Shown one piece after another: positions 25,048 to 36,200 of a stretch of 64,000 bases of DNA. The DNA comes from a virus, in the IMG/VR virus record IMGVR_UViG_3300026557_000002, positions 1 to 64,000 of that record, one strand, 5' to 3'. The notes beneath the pieces are model-generated. The model did not search any database, had not been told where the DNA came from, and saw nothing but the letters and a program-made list of their open reading frames with translations. Position numbers and translations under genes: made by a program. How positions within the stretch are numbered: the stretch's first letter is position 1; each line of letters begins with the position of its first letter.

Positions 25048-25719
25048 ATGGCCGTAGATAATCGTATTCAGACAAGAGACGGACTCAAAGATGTAGACCA
25101 ACCGTGGAAAGAATTTCACGATGTCAGCACGACCGAAGAGTCGGTCGCCAAGATGCTGGCGGACGGTACGCCAAATTGGGTCAAGTGGCCGGCCGATTAT
25201 AAGGAATACGCTCGAGAAGAGTTTCAGAAGCACCGCGAAGACAGTGAGTTTGGTGCTCAAGATTACAAGATTGAAGACCAGGCCGAGTTAACCAACAAAG
25301 TCGCCCGAATGGTCAACCCGATGAGCACGCGAGATTTCATCGCAAAACTCCGCCGGAATGGCGTCAAGTGCTTCACCGTAGATAACGGCTTCCCGCCGAA
25401 TACCGTGGCTCTATGGTGTTTGCCCCCGAACCTTATGTCAAGAGCGAGGTACATTTGTTACGCTCAGGTCCCAGCCATGTATGAGTGGTCCGTCTTGAAG
25501 ACTGACCGTTATGGTAAGCCGATGGGCGAAGACTTTCGCGGATGGCGAACAGTGGCAGTCCAGCTGATTGAGAAAGAGATTCTGACCGAGGCACAAGTCA
25601 ATAAGATTTTCGGCAACGCAAGCCACAATAAGATGTTCCGTCGTTATCATCGAAGCCTATGGGAGATCAGGAACCGCAAAAAGTTCTCTGAAGTCCCGAT
25701 AGCCAATAACGACATCTAA
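25048..25719 (+). CDS. Hypothetical protein
   Basis: 223 aa, coupled to the upstream gene. Confidence 0.75.
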   Translation: MAVDNRIQTRDGLKDVDQPWKEFHDVSTTEESVAKMLADGTPNWVKWPADYKEYAREEFQKHREDSEFGAQDYKIEDQAELTNKVARMVNPMSTRDFIAKLRRNGVKCFTVDNGFPPNTVALWCLPPNLMSRARYICYAQVPAMYEWSVLKTDRYGKPMGEDFRGWRTVAVQLIEKEILTEAQVNKIFGNASHNKMFRRYHRSLWEIRNRKKFSEVPIANNDI

Positions 25720-25790
25720 TAGCAAATCCGCCCTCCGCCTTCAGAGCAGTATATCCAAGTTAGGCACAATCTGAAGTAAAGAAGTCAAAA

Positions 25791-26498
25791 ATGGCACACG
25801 AAGTAAACAAACCGAAGTCCGTATTTGAAGATTTGGATAAAGGCATTAACCCAGGAACCGGTCAACCGACTCCCCCAGCTACTGGGGGTTTGGCAACGAT
25901 GGATGCCCGTCCCGCACCGGCCAACGCGCCCGCTCTAGATTTGTTAGGTCTGATCACCCTCTTGACCCAGCAGAACGCTTTGCTGGCGTCTCAGGCGGCC
26001 TTGCAGGCAAAGAAAGAGGCCCGAGAAGAGGCGAAGTACCAAGAAGAGCAAGAACGTATCTCAAACCGCGAAAAGCAGAGAAGCCGAACAGCCAAGGGCC
26101 AAGAAAAAGGTTCCTTGCTTAAGCAGGCAAAGTGCCGCCATATGAAAGGCGGTAAGCACGCCAACCGCGTGGATTACGCATTAGCTAAGCATCTTTTCAT
26201 TTCTCGCAAGGTATACATTGTCTGCTTGATTTGCAAGATGAAGTGGTTTCCCGGAGATACGAAAGAGTTCCTCATCCGCGGAACCAAGAAGCAGAAGGTT
26301 TCAAATTATACTCACCTGGGCTGGGCCGAGGTTAGCAATCTGTTCGCGCAAAGCTCGAATACGCAGACTATGTCCGAGGTCCCGCTAGGCAGCATCGATA
26401 CCGAAGGCATCAATATCTCGACAGACGCATCTGGTCTCGAGGTTGACTTGAGTCTTCGCGACGAAGCCGGCAACATAGTCGAAGGCATCCAGTACTAA
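25791..26498 (+). CDS. Hypothetical protein (coiled coil plus C.H...H...C..C Zn motif)
   Basis: ORF followed by a terminator. Confidence 0.75.
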   Translation: MAHEVNKPKSVFEDLDKGINPGTGQPTPPATGGLATMDARPAPANAPALDLLGLITLLTQQNALLASQAALQAKKEAREEAKYQEEQERISNREKQRSRTAKGQEKGSLLKQAKCRHMKGGKHANRVDYALAKHLFISRKVYIVCLICKMKWFPGDTKEFLIRGTKKQKVSNYTHLGWAEVSNLFAQSSNTQTMSEVPLGSIDTEGINISTDASGLEVDLSLRDEAGNIVEGIQY

Positions 26499-26519
26499 AA
26501 CTCGTAAACACTAACCCGA

Positions 26520-26550
26520 GGGGCGGCGGCTAATCCGCCCCATTTTTCTT
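26520..26550 (+). terminator. Intrinsic terminator
   Basis: GGGGCGG-loop-CCGCCCC followed by ATTTTTCTT. Confidence 0.65.
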
Positions 26551-26618
26551 CAGGAAAAAGATGACCGCAGTATACCAAATCTCTCGGCCGATAGCTCCTG
26601 GCTGCATCTCAACTCGTT

Positions 26619-26810
26619 ATGATACAAACACAGCAACTCCGTAACTGCGATGTTTGTCGTCTATTAGATTACGATTGTTCTTTGAAGATGTGTTTTTATT
26701 GTTCCACATGCGATGCATGGATATGTCAAGAAGACGCCAACAGGTGGGACAGAAGATTATTGGCGGCCGCGAAACGAAAACTAGAATTCGGATATAAAGG
26801 AGTCTCATGA
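26619..26810 (+). CDS. Small Cys-rich (B-box-like) protein
   Basis: CDVC...C..C..C...IC. Confidence 0.6.
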   Translation: MIQTQQLRNCDVCRLLDYDCSLKMCFYCSTCDAWICQEDANRWDRRLLAAAKRKLEFGYKGVS

Positions 26811-26950
26811 GCGAGAGGGAGCAGATCATCACTTTTTTGCTTCAAGCGTGCGACGGCAAAGATCAAGCCATAGCTAAGTTACAAGCACGGGTGGCAGAAT
26901 TAGAGAAGCAAAATGCGGCACAAGTTGTAGCACAACCAGTATCAACTTAA
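26807..26950 (+). CDS. Small coiled-coil protein (47 aa)
   Basis: RBS AAGGAG; MSEREQIITFLLQACDGKDQAIAKLQARVAELEKQ...; below the track cut-off. Confidence 0.55.
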   Translation: MSEREQIITFLLQACDGKDQAIAKLQARVAELEKQNAAQVVAQPVST

Positions 26951-26960
26951 AAAGGAAGTC

Positions 26961-29761
26961 ATGAGTCCGACAAAAAGAGCGTATCTGAAGTGGGAAAATA
27001 ATGCTTCTAACGACTTTTTGCAAATGTCGGATTCCACGGGCAACGTATTGGGTTGGATTGATTCTTCCGGTAGCCTAAACGGTAATTTGCTTCCTCCCGC
27101 TCTCCCGCCCCCTGTTAATGTCACAGTTCCTTTTTTGGGCGCGCCAACGGGATTGTGTTTGCCTGCGCAGACTGGGGTAAATACTCTGAACGGAAATTTT
27201 TATTCTTGCCAGAACGGTGCGTGGACACTGATTGGTCCGACAGCAGGATCTCTGGTTAGCCCAGTGACCTCTCCGAATCCCTTGGCATTTGATGTCAATG
27301 TAGCCTTTAAAGGTCCGAATCCTTACTTCGATGTCACGAGATACGGGGTTCGCGCGGTCTCTACCGTTCCATCAGCTAGTGCGACAATGACTTCCGGATC
27401 GTCTTCGGTTGTTCTTTCTGCCGCGAGCACGTTTCAGAATGGCGACGGAGTAGTTGTTTATGGCGCAGGCGCTGCTCATAGCATGACAACGCCCGGAGCG
27501 CCGACCGTAACCCCTAGTATTGCCCAAGTACTGACGGCCACCGGAGCGGTGGTTAATGGCTTGACAGGTGGTACTACATACAATTACAAGATTATTGCGC
27601 GCGACGCAAAGGGCGGCTTGACGGCCGAAGTTCGGCAGGAACTACGACAACCGGAGCGGCGTCTCTCGGTTCACAATCTGTCAGCATTTCAGCGATGTCT
27701 CGTTCGAATGCTACTGTTACAGTGACCACGTCCTCTCCGCACGGACTAACAATCGGGTCGATGGTTTATATTCAGATGTCTTCCGGCGATTCCAGTTTTG
27801 CTGGTTGGTATCAAGTTTTGGGTTCAGCAGATAACACACATTTCACTTTTGTCAGCGGGCAGGATACTCGTAACGGCGCGACTACAACTTGGTCCGGAAC
27901 AGGCGTAGTCTTTTGGTTTAATTGTAACCACTTGACGTGGAGTCCAGTAACCGGAGCTTTTCAATATTATATCTATAGTGATCGCACGTCTTCTGGGACC
28001 TTTGCTTTGATAGGCGTAAGCAAGCCAGTTAATGGGTCGTTCACTGATGGTGCCTTTTATTGGGACGACTTTGGTTCCCCGATGATGGACGGCATGACCG
28101 CAACCCCCGGCTATGTGCCGAGCACCGCACCCGCATCGGCGACCAGCGACAATTTGGTTACAACGATTCTATCGGGAGCGGGAACCACCACTCTTACGCT
28201 GGCCACGACCGCAGGAACGTCTATATCCGGAGTCAGCATTTTATTTGATAACGCTCCGAATATTCTAACAGCGGCAACGGCGGCTAATACATCAACACTT
28301 TATTTTCCTATTCCAACATCAGGGTCTTTTGTAATTAATTCAGTTTTGGATTTGAGCTCTCTTTTCTTAAACATACTCGGTGCTGGATTAACTCTCAGCG
28401 ACACTTTAATTCTAGGAGCCGCTAATTGGTACGGGACTAACCTGCCGCGAAGTGGGACCGCCACATCTTTCCAATTTGAAAGCCTGCCTTCTATAAGTGT
28501 CAAGGCTATCCCCGGGATATTGATAGCCAACGGAGCCAGCGGGCACTATGAGGGTTTTCAGCTTACTGGTTCGGGAACAAATAACATCTTGATGATGCAA
28601 GATGGCGGCGGCGGAGCAGGCGCTCCGATATACGACCGCGTAAATTTTGTCTTAGGTGCTAATGATGCCGTCGGAATTGGGTGGTTAGGCCGAGGTATGG
28701 CTGACGGTGAAGCAAATGTTACATGTAGAATGCGGCGAATAGGAGCTTTTGGTAATCAGGCATCTGTTGGGTCGACTGCAACTCCGATACTTTATTTTAA
28801 CGCAGGTGGAGGAGTAATCGAATCCATTATCATGAGCGGAAAAGGTATTTATGCCCGTCCTGGGGCTACGCCTTCGTTTGAATTTACAATTCAATGGGGA
28901 TACTGCCAAGGTGGGACGATCCCGTTTCTAACTGTGTCCGGTTCCGGATCAGGGGGAAATCTCGGGGGAAATATTGATTTGAATCATATCACTCCTGATA
29001 CGGGTGCTCAACCTATATTAACTTATTTACTCGGCCCCGGAAGTTTTACTGGAGCGGTACGAATAAATTTGATTGATGAGGCTCCTAGTTCCGGCGTCCC
29101 CGTAATAAGTGGAAGCGCCCTTAGTACGGTTCAAACTTACGGCGTATTTTCAGGACAGAATACTGGAGTCACGTCTGAATCGAATTTTACTGACAAGTTT
29201 GTCAGTATCTTTGGCCCCTCGGGGACGGTGGGTTATGCACTAGGAACTCCGCTTCCCCCAGCATCGGCGGTAGTTGGTGCAGGAGGTTCTGTCCCAGTAG
29301 GTACTATTAATTATCGCCTTGCGTGGGTGGATGTTTTGGGGCGTTTTACACTTACAGGACAAACCATATCGGCAACTACCACTAATGGTAACCAGACAGT
29401 TGTTGTAACTCCTCCAACACCCCCTGTCGGTGCTATTGGATGGGCGTTATATAGAAACGGGGCTTTAGCCGCTATCCCGGGATGCACTTTCTTGACTGGA
29501 TTCGCCCCATACTCAGATTCATCTGGGTCAGTTTGTGGTCAGAGCGTTCCTACTACTACTAACGCAATCGTGAGCGGGATAGTTTCTCAAGGACTCGTGA
29601 CCCCTCAGATTCAAATGTCGAGTACGTTGTTCGCTAATCTGGGATCGTCCGCTAACGGAATTCTTTTGTATTGTTCGGATTGTACTATCGCAAATCCGTG
29701 TGCTGGAAATGGCACAGGCGCTCTGGCAAAAAGACTTAATGGTGTGTGGGTGTGCAATTAA
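26961..29761 (+). CDS. Tail fibre/tailspike-like protein, single gene broken by a frameshift near 27627
   Basis: Restoring one base in GCC G^A AGT TCG joins both ORFs (...KGGLTAASSAGTTTTGAASLGSQSVSISAMSRS...); Ser/Thr/Gly-rich beta protein. Confidence 0.72.
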
Positions 29762-29807
29762 GACAAGCTCGGCATTAGCGGTATAAAATTTTTAAGGAAA
29801 AAGAACT

Positions 29808-30122
29808 ATGTCAAACAACAGTCAGACTAAAAACGCCCCTATAAATTTCTCTGCATCCGGAGACAACACCGTTGTTGCTGCGGTAGCCGGTAAATGGATA
29901 AAAGTGGTTCGTTTGTATTTAGTTGTCGGAGGGGCTACTAATATCACATTTAAGGATGGCTCTGCGATTTCATTTTCCGGAGCTATGCCGATGGCGGCAA
30001 ACGGGGCTATCGTTCTAGATGTAGCCGATACCCTTCTGTGGTTTAACGCTACGGGAAATTTTGTCATCAACAGTTCTAACGCCGTCCAAGTCAGCGGCGA
30101 AGTTTATTATATCCAGGAGTAA
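29808..30122 (+). CDS. Putative virion protein
   Basis: RBS AAGGA; beta-rich. Confidence 0.7.
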   Translation: MSNNSQTKNAPINFSASGDNTVVAAVAGKWIKVVRLYLVVGGATNITFKDGSAISFSGAMPMAANGAIVLDVADTLLWFNATGNFVINSSNAVQVSGEVYYIQE

Positions 30123-30131
30123 GGAAAAATC

Positions 30132-31172
30132 ATGAGCGCAATCACTAATCCAGGCAGTGGCTCAGGCGGGCCCGCGTCGTTCGCTACGCTTACGGGTGGT
30201 ACGAATACTGGGCAATCTCTTGTCGTCGGGGCGGGGTCATCTATCTCAACCACGGGCGGAGGAACGATTGCAGCCACAAGCGTAACTCTTCCGGGTACAA
30301 CGGGGCAAATTCTATTCAACAACGGCGGAGCGCTGGGCGTCTCCGCAACTACACTTGGACTTAACTACAACAGCGGTACGCTAACCCTTACCTTAAATGG
30401 CTCGGGGAGTAATCAACTTAACATCGGACAAACTGGCTCAGCCAGTCAATCTCTTCTTATCGGATCTAATACTACGGCGGCGACGTTTAATAACATCAAC
30501 GGACTTTTATCTCTTACCGGAGTCCCGCTTTCTGTTCTCGGTCTCCTAGAACCCGAGGGGGCGGGAATTGCAGGAGTCGCGTCAAGCGATATTCTATACG
30601 GCGATTCCACGACTCACACCTTTACGCATAACTCCAATAATAACGGAGTAAGTTCGTTTAGCGGCGCTTGGCAGAATACAAACGTAACGCCAGTTACGGT
30701 TGCAGCTAACGTAGCGACAGATCAAAATCTTATGTCTGCGTCAGTTCCAGCAGGTACACTAAATCGACTTGGACGATCTCTAAGAGTTTGGTGTGCAGGA
30801 GTTTTTACTACTCCAGCGGCTGAGACGACGACGATCACCTTTAAGGTGAAATTCGGGGCACTAACTCTTCTGAGTATCGCTGTTCCGTCACAATCCTTTA
30901 CGGCCACGAACAACCAATTTAACATAAGCGGCGTGTTGTCGATTCAGACCGCAGGCGCGACGGGAGTTTTCGAAACCCATGGAAATTTAGTGGTGGATTT
31001 AGGTATTGGGAATCTTGTTCCTGATTCAATCTTTGCGGATACAAACACCGCAGTTTCTAGCACGGTGGACCTAACGGCCGCCCAAACTCTTCAAGTTACG
31101 GTTGCTTACGGAACAGCCAGTACCAGTAATTCGACTACTCAACGCCAGATGGTTCTAGAGACAATAGGATAA
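30132..31172 (+). CDS. Putative tail fibre protein
   Basis: Gly/Thr/Ser-rich; G..GQILFNNGG motif typical of fibres. Confidence 0.65.
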   Translation: MSAITNPGSGSGGPASFATLTGGTNTGQSLVVGAGSSISTTGGGTIAATSVTLPGTTGQILFNNGGALGVSATTLGLNYNSGTLTLTLNGSGSNQLNIGQTGSASQSLLIGSNTTAATFNNINGLLSLTGVPLSVLGLLEPEGAGIAGVASSDILYGDSTTHTFTHNSNNNGVSSFSGAWQNTNVTPVTVAANVATDQNLMSASVPAGTLNRLGRSLRVWCAGVFTTPAAETTTITFKVKFGALTLLSIAVPSQSFTATNNQFNISGVLSIQTAGATGVFETHGNLVVDLGIGNLVPDSIFADTNTAVSSTVDLTAAQTLQVTVAYGTASTSNSTTQRQMVLETIG

Positions 31173-31173
31173 A

Positions 31174-32502
31174 ATGCCGTACAGCGCAGCCTCAACATTC
31201 ACGGTTCAAAATCTTATCGACAGGGTGCGCGGATTCGGCGAGATCGAGCCTATCTTCAATATCCCAGACAAGGTTGACCAGCCCGCACTGACTATCGCGA
31301 CGGATGTCATGACCGCGATCTGCGCGGTAAATTTTCCCCACAAGTGGAATGAAGTCGCTTTGCCTCAGTTTTACACCAACTCGTTCCAGCAAGACTACGC
31401 TTTGGTGAATCCAAACGGGACCTCGGTAACAAATGTCGAATGGTTGGAGCGCGGAGTAGCTTTTGATATCAACAATTCCGCCATTCCTAAGCCGTGGGTC
31501 AGTGTTGAATGCGGGCGCAGTCTCCCGCAAAGAACAGGTACGTATATCAATTCGGGAACCCAGATAGGCAATCCCGGCTTCATCATTAGCTCGTATCCGA
31601 ATTATTCACTTTATTACGGTGTCTGGGGCGCGCCAAACGTTGGCAATCCGACACTGGGTAACAATCCTGTCCCTGGGTCCGTTTACACTAGTCCGCTTTC
31701 GTCGGCCGTCATAACAGCCACGTGGGCCGGAGGCCAGGCGACATTTACACTGACGTATATTCCGTCAACCGTAACAGTCGGCTCCGTCCTGAACGTTCAA
31801 GGCGTTGCTCCGAACGGATATAACGGGAATTGGATCGTGGTTAGCATTAACGATTCTCAGCCGAACCCGACTCCGCAGGTCGTGGTTACGATGGTTAGCA
31901 ATCCCGGCGTATTCCAAGCTGGAGGAGTCATCAATAATTCCGCGGCCCAGAGTCAGCCCGCGAACCCGATTACCCAAATTGTGGACGCGAATGGCAACCT
32001 GCTTTTGCTTACGACATACGGAATTGAAGGTACTACGGCACCACTGGCCGCAGTCAACGCTACTCCTGGAACGACATGCTTCGGACAAGGCGCTTCAACA
32101 ATCTGGACCGTTGTGGATCCTAACGGACTCGGAATCAGAATTCTAGAGATCCCGTCCCAGACAGGCGTCACCTGGCAGTTTAACATCGTCGGCCAGAAGC
32201 CCCCAGTTCAGTTCGTGAAGTTGGGTCAAACGCTGTTCCCGCTTCCGGATAAGTACGAGCCATTTTTCAGAGCCGGTTTCATCGCACAGTGCTATCGTTA
32301 TTCAACTCTGCCCAAGACGCGCGCCAAGTTCCAAGACGAATGGAGAATGTGGCTCAAGAGCCTCGACAGTCTGCGTGAGACACAGGATCGAGAATTAGAG
32401 GAATATTCGTTTGTTCCAGAAAGAACTGTTATGGGCGCGTCCAGATCTAGAAATTTGTGGCGCGGAGCAGCTTGGCCGTTTAATGGGCCAGCAGGAAGTT
32501 AA
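31174..32502 (+). CDS. Putative head-tail adaptor with an inserted beta domain
   Basis: Helical N-terminus (TVQNLID...WN), QQDY motif, C-terminal LPDKY..F helices; paralog-like to the next gene. Confidence 0.55.
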   Translation: MPYSAASTFTVQNLIDRVRGFGEIEPIFNIPDKVDQPALTIATDVMTAICAVNFPHKWNEVALPQFYTNSFQQDYALVNPNGTSVTNVEWLERGVAFDINNSAIPKPWVSVECGRSLPQRTGTYINSGTQIGNPGFIISSYPNYSLYYGVWGAPNVGNPTLGNNPVPGSVYTSPLSSAVITATWAGGQATFTLTYIPSTVTVGSVLNVQGVAPNGYNGNWIVVSINDSQPNPTPQVVVTMVSNPGVFQAGGVINNSAAQSQPANPITQIVDANGNLLLLTTYGIEGTTAPLAAVNATPGTTCFGQGASTIWTVVDPNGLGIRILEIPSQTGVTWQFNIVGQKPPVQFVKLGQTLFPLPDKYEPFFRAGFIAQCYRYSTLPKTRAKFQDEWRMWLKSLDSLRETQDRELEEYSFVPERTVMGASRSRNLWRGAAWPFNGPAGS

Positions 32503-32504
32503 CG

Positions 32505-33236
32505 ATGGCGACTACAGTACAGAACCTGATTGATTTTGCACAGACCTTCACGCAATATTCTCCGCTCTCGGTCGGAACCGGAAACCAGCCTGCGCTGGGT
32601 ATCGCAAACGAGATTCAAAATCTCATGATGAATCCGCCCTTTACGTGGGGTTGGAATAGAGCTGAAAATAATCAAGTAAGTACCGTCGCCGGAATACAAG
32701 ATTACGTTACGCCGGTCCCGGACTTCGGGTTTCTCGAAAAGGTAACCTTGACAGACCCGAGCGGAAATACATGGAACGTCTCGGATGTCTATAATACTGC
32801 GGCCCTAGGTTTGGGCGACGCTACCCCGAATAAGCGTAATCGCCCGAACTCTGCGTCGGTTCATACGATTAATTTCGGCACAAGTTTCAAATTGAGATTT
32901 TTAGCCGTTCCTGACCAGGTTTATCTTATCACGCTGGATTACCAGAAACTCGTGGCGCCTTTGACTGCTTTGACTGGCAACGCCGGTACTCTGGTTGTTC
33001 CAGATCAGTACATTGACATTTTTGATAATCTATTTGTCGGCGAAGCCTTGGCCAACGTGGACGACGGTCGCGCGAACACTTATCGTCAACGCGGGGTCAC
33101 CGCACTCCTGGCTAAATCAGAAGGTCTGTCGGACATGGATAAGAATTTGTTTTTGGAGCAGTACTGGATGCGAGATCGCCAGATGTTGGCGGGTACACTT
33201 CGTACGCAACAGGCGGCCCAGAGTCGCGGAGTTTAA
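32505..33236 (+). CDS. Putative adaptor/tail tubular protein A-like
   Basis: TVQNLID...W.WN...TVAG.QDY..P.DF...P...PDQ.Y....Y pattern. Confidence 0.6.
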   Translation: MATTVQNLIDFAQTFTQYSPLSVGTGNQPALGIANEIQNLMMNPPFTWGWNRAENNQVSTVAGIQDYVTPVPDFGFLEKVTLTDPSGNTWNVSDVYNTAALGLGDATPNKRNRPNSASVHTINFGTSFKLRFLAVPDQVYLITLDYQKLVAPLTALTGNAGTLVVPDQYIDIFDNLFVGEALANVDDGRANTYRQRGVTALLAKSEGLSDMDKNLFLEQYWMRDRQMLAGTLRTQQAAQSRGV

Positions 33237-33284
33237 GTTTCGCTATTTGTAACCTGAAGTAAATCATAAAAATTTCGGAGCATC

Positions 33285-36200
33285 ATGCCAGGTTTGTTGC
33301 AACAAGCTGGAGCTCAACCCCAGAAACAACCCAAGTGGATTCCATTATTCATCGACAGATCGATGACTGGGATTTACACGCAACGCAACCCGCTGCATGA
33401 CCCTTCCGATACCGTTACTGCTAAGTACTACGGAGGCAGACCAGACGCGCTTTGGATGGGTTCGAATATTGAACTCACGAATCGCTTGACCCTTCAGCGC
33501 CGCCCAGGATTGATTCCATTCTCCACCGATTTGTATCCGACTGCACCGAACAGAACTTTCGCTTTTGAATTGACGGATGGAACGATTCGCGTAGTCGTGG
33601 ATTCGGGTTCAACTGGCGTGCTGGCAATTACATCCGTGGGAACCGCTAGCGGAACCACAACGTACACTGGCGTGTTTCCTGCGGCCGCTCTCAACGCGTA
33701 TGCAAACCTGATTGTTCAGATCACTGGGTTCGTTACTAATCCGTCTAACAACGGGACCTATACAGTTGTCTCGTCTACCGCGACAACTCTGACCGTAAAC
33801 AACCCGAACGGTATTGCCGAGACCCATGCTGCGACCGCGATATCTGCGGGTGCTGTCTATTGGGATATACAAAATGGTCAGACGACTTTACTTTTTGCAA
33901 AGTCCCCAGGTGCGGGCCAAACTTATTTTGTCGCAGTCAATGGCATCCTGTATATGGGCGACGGCGTTGATACTAAAGTTTGGGTACCGTTGAATACTGG
34001 TCCGAACGGGACCATTTTCGGATTCGGTCTACCTACGCCTACGGTAGCTCCGACTGTTGTGATTACAGAAAGCGGATCCGCCTCGGTTGCATGGATCGCA
34101 TCTACTGTATTCTCAACGATGGGTTTGGTATTTGATTCCGGAACCGGAGATATGTTCCAGCTTCAATCTGTCAACGCGTCCACAACGAACACTACGCAAG
34201 TCGGCACTAGCGGCTCGGGACAACCACCGTGGAATCAGGTCCCGGGTGGAACGACCGCAGACACAACTGGCGGCGGAAACATCACTTGGACAAACAAAGG
34301 CCCTATCGTCGCGTGGACCGCGAACACCGTTTACAACAACGGCACCGTGGGCGGAACGCTTGTAAATCCCTGCGTCATATTTGATCCGGTCACGAAGGCC
34401 GTCTATATTCAATCTTCCGCCGCAGCCAACGGCACCAGCGGACACACAGTTCCGACATTCAAGAAGGCTCTAGGCCAGCACACGAACGACGGAAGCTGTG
34501 TATGGATTTGGATCGGGCCCGGAATCGCAAACGCTGGTTTGGCTCCGTGGCTTCCTAGCACGGCATATCCTAAGGTCGGAACAGTTTCAAACAACGACGC
34601 CGCTACAGGCATCGTAGAACCTAGCGGCTTGACTGCGGGCCTTCCAGCCGCACCAACGATTTTATACTTTCAAGCCTCCGGCGGAGGCACTTCCGGTTCA
34701 GGTTATACGCCATTTGGAACATCGGCATTGGCTGCGGGTACGTTGGTTACGGATAACGATTTAGTCTGGATGAGTCTGGGATCATTTACTTGGACGGGTA
34801 CGACGGCATTTAGTGCTTGGTCAGCCAATGGTACGCCGTTCTCCGCTATCGTGGATTCAAATAACAATTATCAGATCTGCATTCAGACTGGCGTTTCAGC
34901 CGGAAGTCAACCAACCTGGGGGATAGGTTACGGTGTTACTACAAATGACGGAACCGTAGTCTGGGTCAACGCCGGGGACGCGATGACTTGGGCCACGAAT
35001 ACGAAGTGGTTTCTGCCTACGCAAGGATTTTTTCCTCCGACTGGAGCAACACCATTTGGTGGCGCGAGCATTATTGATACCAATGTTCCCCCAGACGTGG
35101 AATTCGTTGTCAACAGCGGTAAAAGCGGTGCCGTTCAGCCGACGTGGGGCGCGATAGGAACCTATCTGGATGATAACGGTACTAGCTTCACGCTAAGTCA
35201 GGTAACTGTTAGCGGGACTACTACAACTTACACAGGAGTAGGTTTAGCTGGCCTCAGTGGTCAACAGTTGATTATTTCTGGATTCACAAACGCTGGAAAT
35301 AATGGCTACGTGGTCGCACAAGCGGGCGCTACATCGACAACATTTACTGTTACGACCACGAGCCAAGTTAACGAAACGCATGCAGGCGTCGCGAAGAATG
35401 GATTGATTTGGTTTAACGAAGAAGCGTTTAGCGCGCAGTCTTTGGCTTTTACGAAAGGTTACTCGTACGCGTATTCGTATAAGTCCAGATCACTGACAGA
35501 CTTTTATTCGGTTAATGTCCCGGGAACATCTCAGCCGCCGATTCCTCCTGGGTTATCTGCACCGCTTCCGGCTCCGACTGGCAGTTTGACGGGCGATGTC
35601 TCAAGTGCGTCCCCGGCTACCGTGACTCCGGCAGGGCCAAATCCTGGTGCAGTCCTGACAATCTCCGGACCTGTTTCAAGTAATCCTGCGGTCGATACGA
35701 TTGTTATCTGGCGCTCAGCCGATGGCGGCGGTACTCCTAATATGTTTGAGTTGACTGAGATTCCTAACAGCCCAAATGCTGGAAACGGCCAATGGTCGTT
35801 TAGAGACTTTCTTCCGGATACTCCAACCACAATAGGCGGAGTTAGCTATCCTGGTTTGAATGAGTTGATAGATGCACCGATTAACGGTGTCAATAACCCG
35901 CCACTATCGGGTTTTTTGCCGATGGCTTACAACTTTACCCGAATTTGGGGATCGGTTGGCAGCACCGTTTATTTTAGTGGCGGCCCAGACACGATAGCTC
36001 TAGGAGCAGGTAATCCTAACTCGTCATTTAATATTGCAGACAATCTGCCGTTTTTGGCAACCGTAGTTCGGTTAGTCAAGACCCCGCAAGGTCTTGTGAC
36101 CTTTTTGACAGACAGCATTGAAATTATCGCCGGTGGACCTGCTACGGGATCGTTTTATTCTGTCACCTTGGCACCCGGAATCGGTCTTGGAAATTACAAC

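Noticed and set aside
26520-26563. Fourth kissing-loop leader
   Set aside because: The stem resembles copy B, but the loop CGGCTAAT has no downstream complement and a T-run follows, so it fits a terminator better.
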